From positions 855 through 64,854 of the forward strand of contig CAKOQD010000003.1 in the NCBI GenBank assembly GCA_934101185.1: 64,000 bases of DNA, in the 5' to 3' direction. Below are positions 38,054-46,851 of the stretch, in pieces. Position numbers and translations under genes: made by a program. Source of the stretch: an uncultured Bacilli bacterium (GTDB lineage Bacteria > Bacillota_I > Bacilli_A > RF39 > UBA660). Positions within the stretch are counted from its first letter, which is position 1, and each line of letters opens with the position of its first letter. The notes below the pieces were generated by a model. The model saw nothing but the letters and a program-made list of their open reading frames with translations, did not search any database and was not told the origin of the DNA.

Positions 38054-39535
38054 TTATTCTCTGTTTTTCATATGTGGGAATAAAATTACTTCTCTTATTG
38101 TATCTACTCCAGTTACTAGCATTACTAGTCTATCTATACCAATTCCCATTCCTCCGGTTGGTGGAAGTCCATATTCTAATGCTTCACAGAAGTCTTCATC
38201 CATGTCGCTTGCTTCATCGTTTCCAAGTTTTTGTTCTTCTACTTGAGCTTCGAATCTTGCTCTTTGATCAATTGGATCGTTTAATTCTGTAAATGCGTTG
38301 GCATATTCAGTGTTTACTATGAATAGTTCAAATCTATCTGTAAATAATGGATTTTCTCTATTTCTTTTTGATAATGGACTTATATCAGTTGGATGTCCAT
38401 AGATGAATGTTGGTTGAATAATTTTGTATTCACAATATTTTTCGAAGAATGCTTCTACTATGTGTCCATATAGGAAATGATCTTCCACTTCAATACCGTG
38501 TTCTAATGCTAGTTTTTTACATTCTTCAAGATCAGTTATTTCAAAGAAGTCTACTCCACATTCTTTTTTTATTGCTTCGCACATGTGAACTCGTGCAAAT
38601 GGTTTTTCAAAGTCAAGCATATGACCTTTGTATTCAAATTGTAGTTCTCCACGTACTTCAGTTAAAACTTTTTTGATTATTCTTTCTGCTGTGTCCATCA
38701 TGCCTTCCATGTCAGAGAATGCTTTGTATAATTCGATTGTAGTGAATTCTGGATTATGGTTTCTATCCATTCCTTCGTTTCTGAAGATTCTTCCTATTTC
38801 ATATACTGCATCCATTCCTCCGACAATTAGTCTTTTTAGATGTAGTTCTGTTGCTATACGGAGATACATATCAATATCTAAAGCATTATGATGGGTAATG
38901 AATGGTCTTGCTGCTGCTCCTCCTTGTATTGTTCCTAGTATTGGAGTTTCTACTTCAACGTATCCTTCAGTATCTAACAAGTTTTGAATTGTACGTATTA
39001 CTTTTGGTCTTGCAAAAGCAATTTTTCTTGCTTCTTCATTCATTATTAGGTCTACGTAACGTCTTCTGTATCTTTCTTCTACATCTGATAGACCATGATA
39101 TTTTTCTGGTAGTGGTCTTAGTGATTTAACTATATGATGATATTTTGTGGCTTTTACACTTAATTCTCCAGTATTAGTTTTCATCACTAGTCCTTCAATT
39201 CCTACGATGTCACCAATGTCTGCTTTATCGAAGAGTTCATATTCAAAGTCTCCAATTTCATCTTTTCTTACGTATATTTGAATTTGACCATATTTATCTT
39301 GGATATGCATGAATCCCACTTTACCTTTTCCTCTTTTGGTCATTATACGTCCCGCGATTGTAACTGGTATTTCTACTTCGTGTAGTTCTTCTTTTGTCAT
39401 TTCTTCATATTTTTCTTTTATTTCTTTTGAGTTGCTAGTTAAATCTATACGATAACCAAATGGTTCAATTCCTTTAGCGCGTAAGTCCTCAGCTTTTTGT
39501 CTTCTTATTAATTCTTGTTCTGTAAATTCTTTCAT
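38054..39535 (-). CDS. lysS: Lysine--tRNA ligase (class II)
   Basis: 493 aa. N-terminal OB anticodon-binding domain, class II motifs ...FRNEG..., and GGMGIGIDRLVM near the C-terminus. Confidence 0.96.
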   Translation of the reverse strand: MKEFTEQELIRRQKAEDLRAKGIEPFGYRIDLTSNSKEIKEKYEEMTKEELHEVEIPVTIAGRIMTKRGKGKVGFMHIQDKYGQIQIYVRKDEIGDFEYELFDKADIGDIVGIEGLVMKTNTGELSVKATKYHHIVKSLRPLPEKYHGLSDVEERYRRRYVDLIMNEEARKIAFARPKVIRTIQNLLDTEGYVEVETPILGTIQGGAAARPFITHHNALDIDMYLRIATELHLKRLIVGGMDAVYEIGRIFRNEGMDRNHNPEFTTIELYKAFSDMEGMMDTAERIIKKVLTEVRGELQFEYKGHMLDFEKPFARVHMCEAIKKECGVDFFEITDLEECKKLALEHGIEVEDHFLYGHIVEAFFEKYCEYKIIQPTFIYGHPTDISPLSKRNRENPLFTDRFELFIVNTEYANAFTELNDPIDQRARFEAQVEEQKLGNDEASDMDEDFCEALEYGLPPTGGMGIGIDRLVMLVTGVDTIREVILFPHMKNRE

Positions 39536-39544
39536 TTTAACACT

Positions 39545-39767
39545 CCTTTTATTTACAAAAAAAAGTTAATGATGAAAGGGCGTTTTATCGCGGTACCACC
39601 TTTCTTATCATTAACTGATATCTCTTATTGATAACGGTTTATTAACCGGGCTTTTGCCATCTCCACAGTTTTAGTTCCTTATAGAATGTTACTAAGTTGC
39701 ACCAACCCTTAGCTCTCTTTGAATCATTGCTATAATTATTGTGCTTTTGCACCTGCTTCATAAATAT
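39545..39767 (-). promoter_or_regulatory. T-box riboswitch leader of lysS
   Basis: Minus strand carries an AGAGA box (about 39713-39717) and the T-box sequence GAAAGGUGGUACCGCG (GGTGGTACCGCG = 39600-39589). The terminator helix is GTTAATGATAAGAAAGG / CCCTTTCATCATTAAC followed by T8 (39615-39555). A candidate Lys specifier AAA lies within 39672-39669. Confidence 0.85.
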
Positions 39768-39773
39768 GCATTT

Positions 39774-39802
39774 AATTTATCATTATTTAGTTTATTTGTC
39801 AA
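39774..39802 (-). promoter_or_regulatory. Sigma-A-type promoter of the lysS leader
   Basis: Minus strand TTGACA (39802-39797), a 17-nt spacer, then TAAATT (39779-39774). Confidence 0.55.
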
Positions 39803-39810
39803 CTGTTTTT

Positions 39811-39841
39811 AAAAAAAATCAGAAAATAGAGACTATTTTCT
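39811..39841 (-). terminator. Rho-independent terminator after rpmE
   Basis: Palindrome AGAAAATAG-(3 nt)-CTATTTTCT (39821-39841) followed on the minus strand by GATTTTTTTT. It overlaps the rpmE stop. Confidence 0.8.
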
Positions 39842-40033
39842 GTTGTATTTTTTATTAAACTTTTCAACATTACCTGTTAAAGTTGCTGTTCCTTGTTTTC
39901 CTGTATAGAATGGATGACATTTAGAACATATTTCAACATGGATTTCGTCTTCTTTTTTTGTTGAGTTTGCAGTGAAAGTTTCACCACATGCACATATAAA
40001 TTTAGTTGGTTTTGTTTCAATTACTTTTTTCAT
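39833..40033 (-). CDS. rpmE: 50S ribosomal protein L31 (zinc-binding type A)
   Basis: 66 aa. CxC...[10 protein letters not shown] signature. Confidence 0.93.
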   Translation of the reverse strand: MKKVIETKPTKFICACGETFTANSTKKEDEIHVEICSKCHPFYTGKQGTATLTGNVEKFNKKYNRK

Positions 40034-40088
40034 TTTGCATCTCCTTCCGCCATGACATTTAAGTCATAGTAATAATTAATTCTTGTAT

Positions 40089-40117
40089 AGTATATCAAAC
40101 TTTTTTAAATATTGCAA
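40089..40117 (-). promoter_or_regulatory. Sigma-A-type promoter of rpmE
   Basis: Minus strand TTGCAA (40117-40112), a 17-nt spacer, then TATACT (40094-40089). Confidence 0.5.
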
Positions 40118-40133
40118 TATTTTTGTTGCTTTT

Positions 40134-41402
40134 TTAACTATTAACAGTTATTTCTTCGACTATTTTGATATCTGCTCCAACATTTGTTAATTTTTCAATT
40201 ATTCCTTCATATCCTCTTAGAATGTGTTCTACTTCAGATATGGTTGTTTTATTTTCAGCGATTAAGCCTGCGATTACTAATGAAGCTCCCGCTCTTAAGT
40301 CGGTTGCTACTACATCTGTTCCTATTAATTTTGTTTTTCCTATTATTATTGCAGTATCTTTTTCTGTTTTTATATTAGCTCCCATCTTATTTAAATATGG
40401 AATATGCATAAATCTATTTTCATATAATGTTTCTTTTATTGTTGATTGACCTTCGCATTGCGTTGTAAATACTGAAAATGGTTGTTGAAGATCGGTTGGA
40501 AAGGCTGGATAATATGATGTTACTATATCTATTGCTTTTAACTTGTCGCTTTTATTGCATATAATATTGTCTATTCCAATTTGTATGTTAGCATTTGCTT
40601 CTTTTAGTTTATCAGTTAATGCTTTTAGATGTTCTGGGACGATGTTATCTATTTTTAGATCTTCTCCAATTAGAGACCCTATTATTACATATGTTCCTGC
40701 TTCAATTCTGTCTGGAATTACTTCAGTTTGACCTTTTGACAAGTATTCTACTCCGGTGATTGTTATTTTTTCTGTACCTTCACCACTTATTTTTGCCCCC
40801 ATACTTTTTAAGAATTGAGCTACATTTATAATTTCAGGCTCTTTAGCGGCATTATTTATAGTTGTTATTCCTTCGGCTTTTATTGCGGCGAACATTATGT
40901 TTATTGTTGCACCGACTGATGCTTTTTCTAAAGTTATGTCTGCACCTTTTAGTTTTTCTGCTTTTATTATGTACTTATCACCCTTTTCTATAACTGTTGC
41001 CCCTAGTTTTTTGAAACCTTCAAGATGATAATTTATTGGTCTTGAACCTATTTTGCAACCTCCTGGAAAGTTCATTTCAACATATTTGTATTTTGTTAAA
41101 AGGGCTCCCATAAAGTAATATGAAGCTCTTAATTTGCTAGATATTTCTTCTGGAATTGATTTGTTTTGCATATTTGTTGGATCTATTATCATTGATTCTG
41201 TTGCTCTTTTTGTCTTAATATCTAAAAAAGATAATATGCTTTCTAATGAGTTTATGTCTGATATTTCAGGAATATTACATATTGTTGATGGCTCATCTGA
41301 AATAATTGCTGCCGGTATTAATGCTACTGCAGCATTTTTTGCACCACTTATTCTTATTGTTCCAGATAGTTTTTTATTTCCATTTATAATTATTTTTTTC
41401 AC
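40134..41402 (-). CDS. murA: UDP-N-acetylglucosamine 1-carboxyvinyltransferase
   Basis: 422 aa. ISGAKNAAVALIPA, active-site Cys context PGGCKIGSRPIN, and overall EPSP-synthase-fold length. Confidence 0.95.
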   Translation of the reverse strand: MKKIIINGNKKLSGTIRISGAKNAAVALIPAAIISDEPSTICNIPEISDINSLESILSFLDIKTKRATESMIIDPTNMQNKSIPEEISSKLRASYYFMGALLTKYKYVEMNFPGGCKIGSRPINYHLEGFKKLGATVIEKGDKYIIKAEKLKGADITLEKASVGATINIMFAAIKAEGITTINNAAKEPEIINVAQFLKSMGAKISGEGTEKITITGVEYLSKGQTEVIPDRIEAGTYVIIGSLIGEDLKIDNIVPEHLKALTDKLKEANANIQIGIDNIICNKSDKLKAIDIVTSYYPAFPTDLQQPFSVFTTQCEGQSTIKETLYENRFMHIPYLNKMGANIKTEKDTAIIIGKTKLIGTDVVATDLRAGASLVIAGLIAENKTTISEVEHILRGYEGIIEKLTNVGADIKIVEEITVNS

Positions 41403-41527
41403 TTCGCTACCTCGCTATTTGTTTATATTTTAGTATATGCATTTATCATATATTTTGTTTTCTTATTTCATTATTATGATATCATGTTTTTATATACAAT
41501 GCAATGTTTGTCTTTAAGACTGTTTAA

Positions 41528-42019
41528 TTAGAACATTTCTATTAATTGATCTAGTTTATCAACAACTTTGAAACCTTTTCCATTCATTTTTTGAGAGAAT
41601 CTAACTGGGATTCCACCTTCTTTTTCCCATTCTCTTAAGTTTCCTGCATAGTCGTCTACTAATATGGAATCTTTTGTATGTACCATTTTAGTTTTTGATA
41701 TTGCTTTAGGACAAGGTATAATTGTTATGTCTTTGAAATATTTTCTTAAATATTTAATTTTTAGTTCTGCTTCATGTAGTGAGTTTACATGTGTTAAAAT
41801 AGCAAGATTAAACTTGTCACTATCTATTATTTTTTGAATGCAATTGATGCTATCGTTTATGATGTATTTATCTTTTATTATTTTTGTCCAATCATAATTG
41901 ACAAAGAATTCTTTTACTTTTTCTTCAGGAACATTGTCTTCTTGAAGTTTTTGATATAAGGGATTTATTGTATCTAATATAACTCCATCAAAATCAATGT
42001 ATAAGTTTATTTTTTCCAT
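41528..42019 (-). CDS. HAD-superfamily hydrolase, 5'(3')-deoxyribonucleotidase-like
   Basis: About 163 aa from ATG 42019 (SD GGAGGT; the track start lies inside the SD region). HAD motif I is LYIDFDGVILDT. Motif IV-like VDDYAGNL. Size is typical of the YorS/NT5C family. Confidence 0.6.
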   Translation of the reverse strand: MEKINLYIDFDGVILDTINPLYQKLQEDNVPEEKVKEFFVNYDWTKIIKDKYIINDSINCIQKIIDSDKFNLAILTHVNSLHEAELKIKYLRKYFKDITIIPCPKAISKTKMVHTKDSILVDDYAGNLREWEKEGGIPVRFSQKMNGKGFKVVDKLDQLIEMF

Positions 42020-42100
42020 ATATACCTCCATCTTTTTATATTATAATACTATTTTTAAGTATTTTATGCAAGAAAAAGAGCAATTTTTCAATCGCCCTTA

Positions 42101-43591
42101 TTATTTTATTTCTTGTTTTGTTCCAGTATACTTGTATCCTTGTTTAATTAATTTTGTATCATTTGATGAATTAGACCATACTTTGTAAGTTTGTGCTTTT
42201 GATTTAAGTGTTCTTGTTTTTGTATGATAGTAATATATTCTTTGAGTTGTTGTTACTGTTACAGTTTTTTGTTCATAACCAATTATTCTTGATACTGTTG
42301 TATAAATTGGAACTTCTCTTTCTACTAATTCACTACATTCTGCTTCAAGTGTTTTCTTAGATGTTGATGATACTGTTGCACTTCTTGTATATTTTTTGAA
42401 TATATACATTGGTTTTAGTGTACAGTTAGATGCACAGGCATCAAAGTCAAATCCAACATATTCATATTTTACTGTATTACTATTTTCTGGAACATATCCA
42501 AGTGTTACCTTTCCTTGATATTTCCAGTCTGTTGCTTTATATGTTTTTCCTGTTGTTTGATTTATATAGTAGTAATAATTTTTACAAGTCCATCTCTTAG
42601 ATGTTAGTGATGTCTTAACTAATTCTTCTTTTCCAAATATTGGTTTTGTTGTATCATTTCTATATTGTTTTTTGTTTTTTGTTATATTTGCATAACCATA
42701 TTTTTCATTCCATACTAGTTCTTGTTTTCCCCAGACAATATTGTTATTGTTTGGATCATATTCTTTATCTTTTGACCAATCTGACCAATTACTATATACC
42801 GCTTCAACTTTCTTTTCATATAAATATTGATATTTTTTACATGCTTTTTCATATGCTGTTTTTGTTACAACATTTCCTTTATTGTCATAGTATTTGTTAT
42901 TTACTACTTTACAATAATGTTTTGTTGTTGGTGGTGTGTTCTTACATGCTTTTTCATATGCTGATTTTGTCACAACATTTCCTTTATTGTCATAGTATTT
43001 ATTTTTTACTACTTTACAATAATACTTTGTTGTTGGTGTTGGTTTGTTATTACTAGTTGTTGTAGTTTTGTTTGATGTTTTATTAGTTGTTGTTTTCTTT
43101 TCACAGATGTAATTAGAACAATAATCGTAACATCCTAAATATACTATTACATAGTCTTCATCATTACCACATGAAAGGTAAATCTTCATTTCATATTCTG
43201 TCTTTTTCTTTGTTACTTCAATATATGTGTTATCAATGTTACACATTTTACCTTTATCATCACTTAAGTTAATTAGAAGTTTCTTTTCTAACATTTCTCC
43301 AAGTGTAATTCTTACTTTATCTCCTTCGTTTTTAGGAAGTCTTTCTAATGTAAAGTAAGATTCTGCTACATCTTTTAATAGATTGATGTTTTCTTGGAAG
43401 TAATTTGAAAACTCATTTGTTTCTTCTTTATTACTGTTTAATAGTTTTTGAATTGTTGAATTGGTTGGGAATATCCATACTAGTAATAAAAGTAATATTA
43501 CTATTAATAGAAATCCCACTAAAAAGTTTTTAATATAATGTGTTAATGGTTTGTTATTATTATTTTCATTATAATCTACTTCGTATCCCAT
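42101..43591 (-). CDS. Membrane-anchored, Cys/Tyr/Lys-rich extracytoplasmic protein with a 35-aa tandem repeat (unknown function)
   Basis: 496 aa. N-terminal TM is NFLVGFLLIVILLLLLVWIF. It has many Cys pairs, and a T/N-rich spacer precedes 2 copies of KYYCKVVKNKYYDNKGNVVTK.AYEKACK. SD is AAGGGGGA. Confidence 0.65.
   Translation of the reverse strand: MGYEVDYNENNNNKPLTHYIKNFLVGFLLIVILLLLLVWIFPTNSTIQKLLNSNKEETNEFSNYFQENINLLKDVAESYFTLERLPKNEGDKVRITLGEMLEKKLLINLSDDKGKMCNIDNTYIEVTKKKTEYEMKIYLSCGNDEDYVIVYLGCYDYCSNYICEKKTTTNKTSNKTTTTSNNKPTPTTKYYCKVVKNKYYDNKGNVVTKSAYEKACKNTPPTTKHYCKVVNNKYYDNKGNVVTKTAYEKACKKYQYLYEKKVEAVYSNWSDWSKDKEYDPNNNNIVWGKQELVWNEKYGYANITKNKKQYRNDTTKPIFGKEELVKTSLTSKRWTCKNYYYYINQTTGKTYKATDWKYQGKVTLGYVPENSNTVKYEYVGFDFDACASNCTLKPMYIFKKYTRSATVSSTSKKTLEAECSELVEREVPIYTTVSRIIGYEQKTVTVTTTQRIYYYHTKTRTLKSKAQTYKVWSNSSNDTKLIKQGYKYTGTKQEIK
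42840..43049 (-). repeat. Two tandem 105-nt (35-codon) repeats inside the 496-aa gene
   Basis: CATGCTTTTTCATATGCTG...TTTCCTTTATTGTCATAGTATTT...TACTACTTTACAATAAT occurs starting at 42840 and again at 42945. The copies are roughly 90 percent identical by hand alignment. Confidence 0.85.
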
Positions 43592-43604
43592 AATTTAATC
43601 CCCC

Positions 43605-45488
43605 TTATTTACTATAAACCCTGTCTACTATTGTTTCTTCTTCATATGTGTAGTTATTATCAGCAGACGGTGTTACAGTTTCAGTTTTTACAGTTGTTGA
43701 GTTTTCATTGTTGGTATTATTGTTATCATTATTTGTATTGTTGTTTGTATTGTTGTTTGTATTATTATTTTCTACTGTTGTATCTTTTGGTACGTATCTA
43801 TCAGTTGTTACTATTTCTTCTTCCTCTTTAATTATTTCTTTTTCTGCTTCTTCTCTAAATTGTTTTTCACTATCGTATAGTTCTTTTGCTAATCTTACAG
43901 CTTCTCTGTAACCTTGCCATAATGCTACTTTATATTTTTCTTTATATTTACCTGTGTAACTGTTTGCTTTATTTGTTAATTTAGCTTCATATGTAGCACT
44001 ATTGAAAGAACCATTATTTCTATACATTTCTTGATAGATATCATTTGTAAAGTTGACACCATATTGTTTTGCTTCTCTTGTTATTTCTTCAATTTTATTA
44101 GCATCATCTATTGAGTAATCTTTATTATCAATAGTTATTATTGGATCCATTTTATCTGCTTCTTGTTCTGCTTTTTTTACTTCTTCTTTACCGAATTCTT
44201 TTATAGCAGTTTTTTTACTAACTTGCTTTTTAGTATACTTTGTATTTTTTATATTTAATTTTTTCAATGCTGATTTATTTTTTATTACTTTGTTTGTTAG
44301 TTTTCCATTTTTAATTATTGGAGCAATTTCTCTTGTACTTACTTTAATATTTTTATTATCCATTGCATCTGAAATATAATATAATGCTTGATTTTCACTT
44401 AATTTAATTTCTTGATTGTCTTCTGTTGTAACTACTACTAAGTTTCTTGCTTCTGTGTATTCATCAATTTCTTTTATGTATTCTTTTATAGTATTACATG
44501 TTACTGTTTCATTGGCTTCGACTACTTTGTCTGCGAATGATTTTGATAATACTCCATTTAATTCTAGTGCTGCTGTCATATGTGTTCCGATGAATGATAC
44601 AGCTTCTGGACAAGTATTTTTTAAACTATCTATTTTTCCACTGAAATATATTTGATCTAATTTATTAACAATTTTTTGTTTATTTTCATTTGATGGTTTT
44701 TTGTTATAATTTAATACTAATTGTTCAAAACTAGCAAATAATTCTTGATTTTTTACGTTTGTAAATAGTTTGGCTATACCAGATGGATTTGTTGCTCTTA
44801 GATAATAATTATTTAATACTCTTGCAGAGTTAGTGTAATCTTCAGTTGCTTTAGCATCATCAAATGTTGAACCAAATATTTCATAGAATGTTTCTTTAGA
44901 ATATGTATCAGCATTTGCATATATAAATAATGATTTTATTTCATCAGCATTTAAGTATAATTGTGCGCCTTTATCAGCTTTTACTTTAATAGTTGGTGCT
45001 GCAATATTATTGAAATAGTTTTGAACTTCATCCATCAATTCAAATGAATCTCTTTGTACTCCTTCATTTAAAAGCGCAAGTAGTTGTTCAAAATCCATTT
45101 CTTGATAATTTTCTACTGTTGTTACTGGTTCTTCTGCTTTTTCTTTTTGATTTGAGCATCCAATAAGTGCAGATGCACCAATTGCTATTGCTAGGATTCC
45201 TGCTGTTATTTTAAGTTTTAGATTCTTTTTAGCATTTTTGATATTATTTTTATAAACTTTCATGTTTTCAATTTTTGAATCTTTTTCTTCTTTTTTAAAG
45301 TATGATTCTCCAATTACTACTTGTTTATTATCATTTGCTTCCATAAACTTATAAATTGCAGATGTTTCTCCTAAAGATATTAGTATTTCTCCAATGTCTT
45401 TTGGACTTTTTAATTCATATATTTTTCCTTTGTATCCAAACTTTGTTGCGTTTCTTAATTCTTTGTCTAAATAAAACTTATTATCCAT
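43605..45488 (-). CDS. Membrane-anchored ~627-aa protein with small cytosolic N-domain, large extracytoplasmic domain and N/T-rich tail (unknown function)
   Basis: Preferred start is MDNKFYLDKELRN at ATG 45488 (SD AAGGGGGAA). The track start at 45548 falls inside the -35 box of the promoter. TM is ITAGILAIAIGASALIGC. C-terminal repeat is NNNTNNNTNNNTNNDNNNTNNENS. Confidence 0.65.
   Translation of the reverse strand: MDNKFYLDKELRNATKFGYKGKIYELKSPKDIGEILISLGETSAIYKFMEANDNKQVVIGESYFKKEEKDSKIENMKVYKNNIKNAKKNLKLKITAGILAIAIGASALIGCSNQKEKAEEPVTTVENYQEMDFEQLLALLNEGVQRDSFELMDEVQNYFNNIAAPTIKVKADKGAQLYLNADEIKSLFIYANADTYSKETFYEIFGSTFDDAKATEDYTNSARVLNNYYLRATNPSGIAKLFTNVKNQELFASFEQLVLNYNKKPSNENKQKIVNKLDQIYFSGKIDSLKNTCPEAVSFIGTHMTAALELNGVLSKSFADKVVEANETVTCNTIKEYIKEIDEYTEARNLVVVTTEDNQEIKLSENQALYYISDAMDNKNIKVSTREIAPIIKNGKLTNKVIKNKSALKKLNIKNTKYTKKQVSKKTAIKEFGKEEVKKAEQEADKMDPIITIDNKDYSIDDANKIEEITREAKQYGVNFTNDIYQEMYRNNGSFNSATYEAKLTNKANSYTGKYKEKYKVALWQGYREAVRLAKELYDSEKQFREEAEKEIIKEEEEIVTTDRYVPKDTTVENNNTNNNTNNNTNNDNNNTNNENSTTVKTETVTPSADNNYTYEEETIVDRVYSK
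43732..43767 (-). repeat. 12-nt in-frame microsatellite (3 units) encoding (NNNT)n
   Basis: TTTGTATTGTTG TTTGTATTGTTG TTTGTATTATTA on the plus strand. Confidence 0.8.
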
Positions 45489-45519
45489 ATTATTTCCCCC
45501 TTCAACTTGGATTGGCATT

Positions 45520-45548
45520 ATTATAGCACTTTTTGTCGTTTTTGTCAA
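45520..45548 (-). promoter_or_regulatory. Consensus sigma-A promoter (with TG extension) driving the two surface-protein genes
   Basis: Minus strand TTGACA (45548-45543), an exact 17-nt spacer ending in TGC, then TATAAT (45525-45520). Confidence 0.75.
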
Positions 45549-45583
45549 TTATTTTCGTATTTTTATGATTTTTAAAACTATAT

Positions 45584-45620
45584 ATCAAAAAAGTATATGC
45601 TATTTTGATTGCATATACTT
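45584..45620 (-). terminator. Rho-independent terminator after pssA
   Basis: Perfect 10-bp stem AAGTATATGC (45591-45600) / GCATATACTT (45611-45620) with a 10-nt loop. On the minus strand it is followed by TTTTTGAT. Confidence 0.8.
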
Positions 45621-46246
45621 TATAAAATTATTAATGTTAGTCCTAAAACTAGACCTCCGATTAAAAATATTATTAATTCTTTTGTCTTAGGCTTTTTAAT
45701 TTTAAAGTTTAGGACAAATAAGATTGATGTTATTAACATTACAATTGTATATATAATATTAAATGTGTTAGTTGTTAACAACATTGTTAATAAGTAAAAT
45801 ACTGGAAATATTATAGCGGTTGATGTTACAGGTAATCCACTATAGTATTTTACTGGGGCATTTTGATCTGCTATTGTATTAAAGTAAGCTAATCTTATGA
45901 CTCCTCCAAGGGCAAATAGTATAAATATTATTATATTAATTATACTATGTAATCCTAGTGAATAAAATATTATAATTGGAAACATTATGAATGCAATTAA
46001 ATCTGCTAATGAATCTAGTTCTACTCCAAATTGCTTTTCTTGTTCTGTTCTTTTGCATGTTCTTGCTACTTTCCCATCGAATGCATCACATAATCCTGAT
46101 ATTATCAATAGTAAAAGAGCATACTTTGGCTCGTTTTCTATTAATGCTATATACATACCTATAATTGCACTTATTACGGATAGATATGTTAATATTACTG
46201 ATTTTGTATAGTAGCCTATTAGTACTTTTTTCTTTTCTTTTTTCAT
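45620..46246 (-). CDS. pssA: CDP-alcohol phosphatidyltransferase (phosphatidylserine synthase-like)
   Basis: 208 aa, polytopic. Signature D-x2-DG-x2-AR-x8-G-x3-D-x3-D is seen as CDAFDGKVARTCKRTEQEKQFGVELDSLADL. Confidence 0.8.
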   Translation of the reverse strand: MKKEKKKVLIGYYTKSVILTYLSVISAIIGMYIALIENEPKYALLLLIISGLCDAFDGKVARTCKRTEQEKQFGVELDSLADLIAFIMFPIIIFYSLGLHSIINIIIFILFALGGVIRLAYFNTIADQNAPVKYYSGLPVTSTAIIFPVFYLLTMLLTTNTFNIIYTIVMLITSILFVLNFKIKKPKTKELIIFLIGGLVLGLTLIIL

Positions 46247-46255
46247 TTGTTACTC

Positions 46256-46834
46256 CTATAATATATTGTTATTATTATCAAATTTTACGTTTAAGAATTT
46301 CTTGCTTGATAGAAAATCACATGTATGAACGAAAATTTGGTATTTAGTTTCTGGTTTTGGTAAAATTATATTGCTATATTGATTAGTGTTCCATTGTCCC
46401 ATGTGGGATGATATTGCTGATGTTATGAACTTTATCTCATCATCTGTAAATGTTGTTTCTTGTTGATGATTTTTAATATTGTTTGCAGAAAGTAGTGGAT
46501 GATCAAACCTTGTATATTGTTCTTTTACTTCTCCACATTTTAATGTATCATGCATTATTACTGCTATTTTTAAAAGATCTTGTTCATCTTTTGTAAACAT
46601 ATTTTGATAACATTCTAGTGATAAAAGTTCATTTGCTATTCTTGTTGCTACTTTTGTATGTCTAAGTAGTCCTTGTGGTCCTGCCGAAAACTCTGGATGA
46701 TATTTTCCTGTTGATGAGGCTGGTATTTCAAAAAAATAATCAGGTATACTATTTATTAGTATTTTTAAATTATCTTTATATTTCTCATTTTGTATCATGT
46801 CTATTTCTGGTTTTAACATTTCTTCTTTATTCAT
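46256..46834 (-). CDS. HD-domain phosphohydrolase
   Basis: 192 aa. ...GKYHP...LLRHTKV... and IAVIMHDTLK (HD dyad). Confidence 0.7.
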   Translation of the reverse strand: MNKEEMLKPEIDMIQNEKYKDNLKILINSIPDYFFEIPASSTGKYHPEFSAGPQGLLRHTKVATRIANELLSLECYQNMFTKDEQDLLKIAVIMHDTLKCGEVKEQYTRFDHPLLSANNIKNHQQETTFTDDEIKFITSAISSHMGQWNTNQYSNIILPKPETKYQIFVHTCDFLSSKKFLNVKFDNNNNIL

Positions 46835-46851
46835 TGTACTTCTCCTTTTTA

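Noticed and set aside
43700-43780. Short periodic repeats, plus the 105-nt repeats at 42840-43049, as a possible CRISPR array.
   Set aside because: The repeats are contiguous with no unique spacers, in frame, and inside long ORFs. They are coding tandem repeats, not CRISPR.
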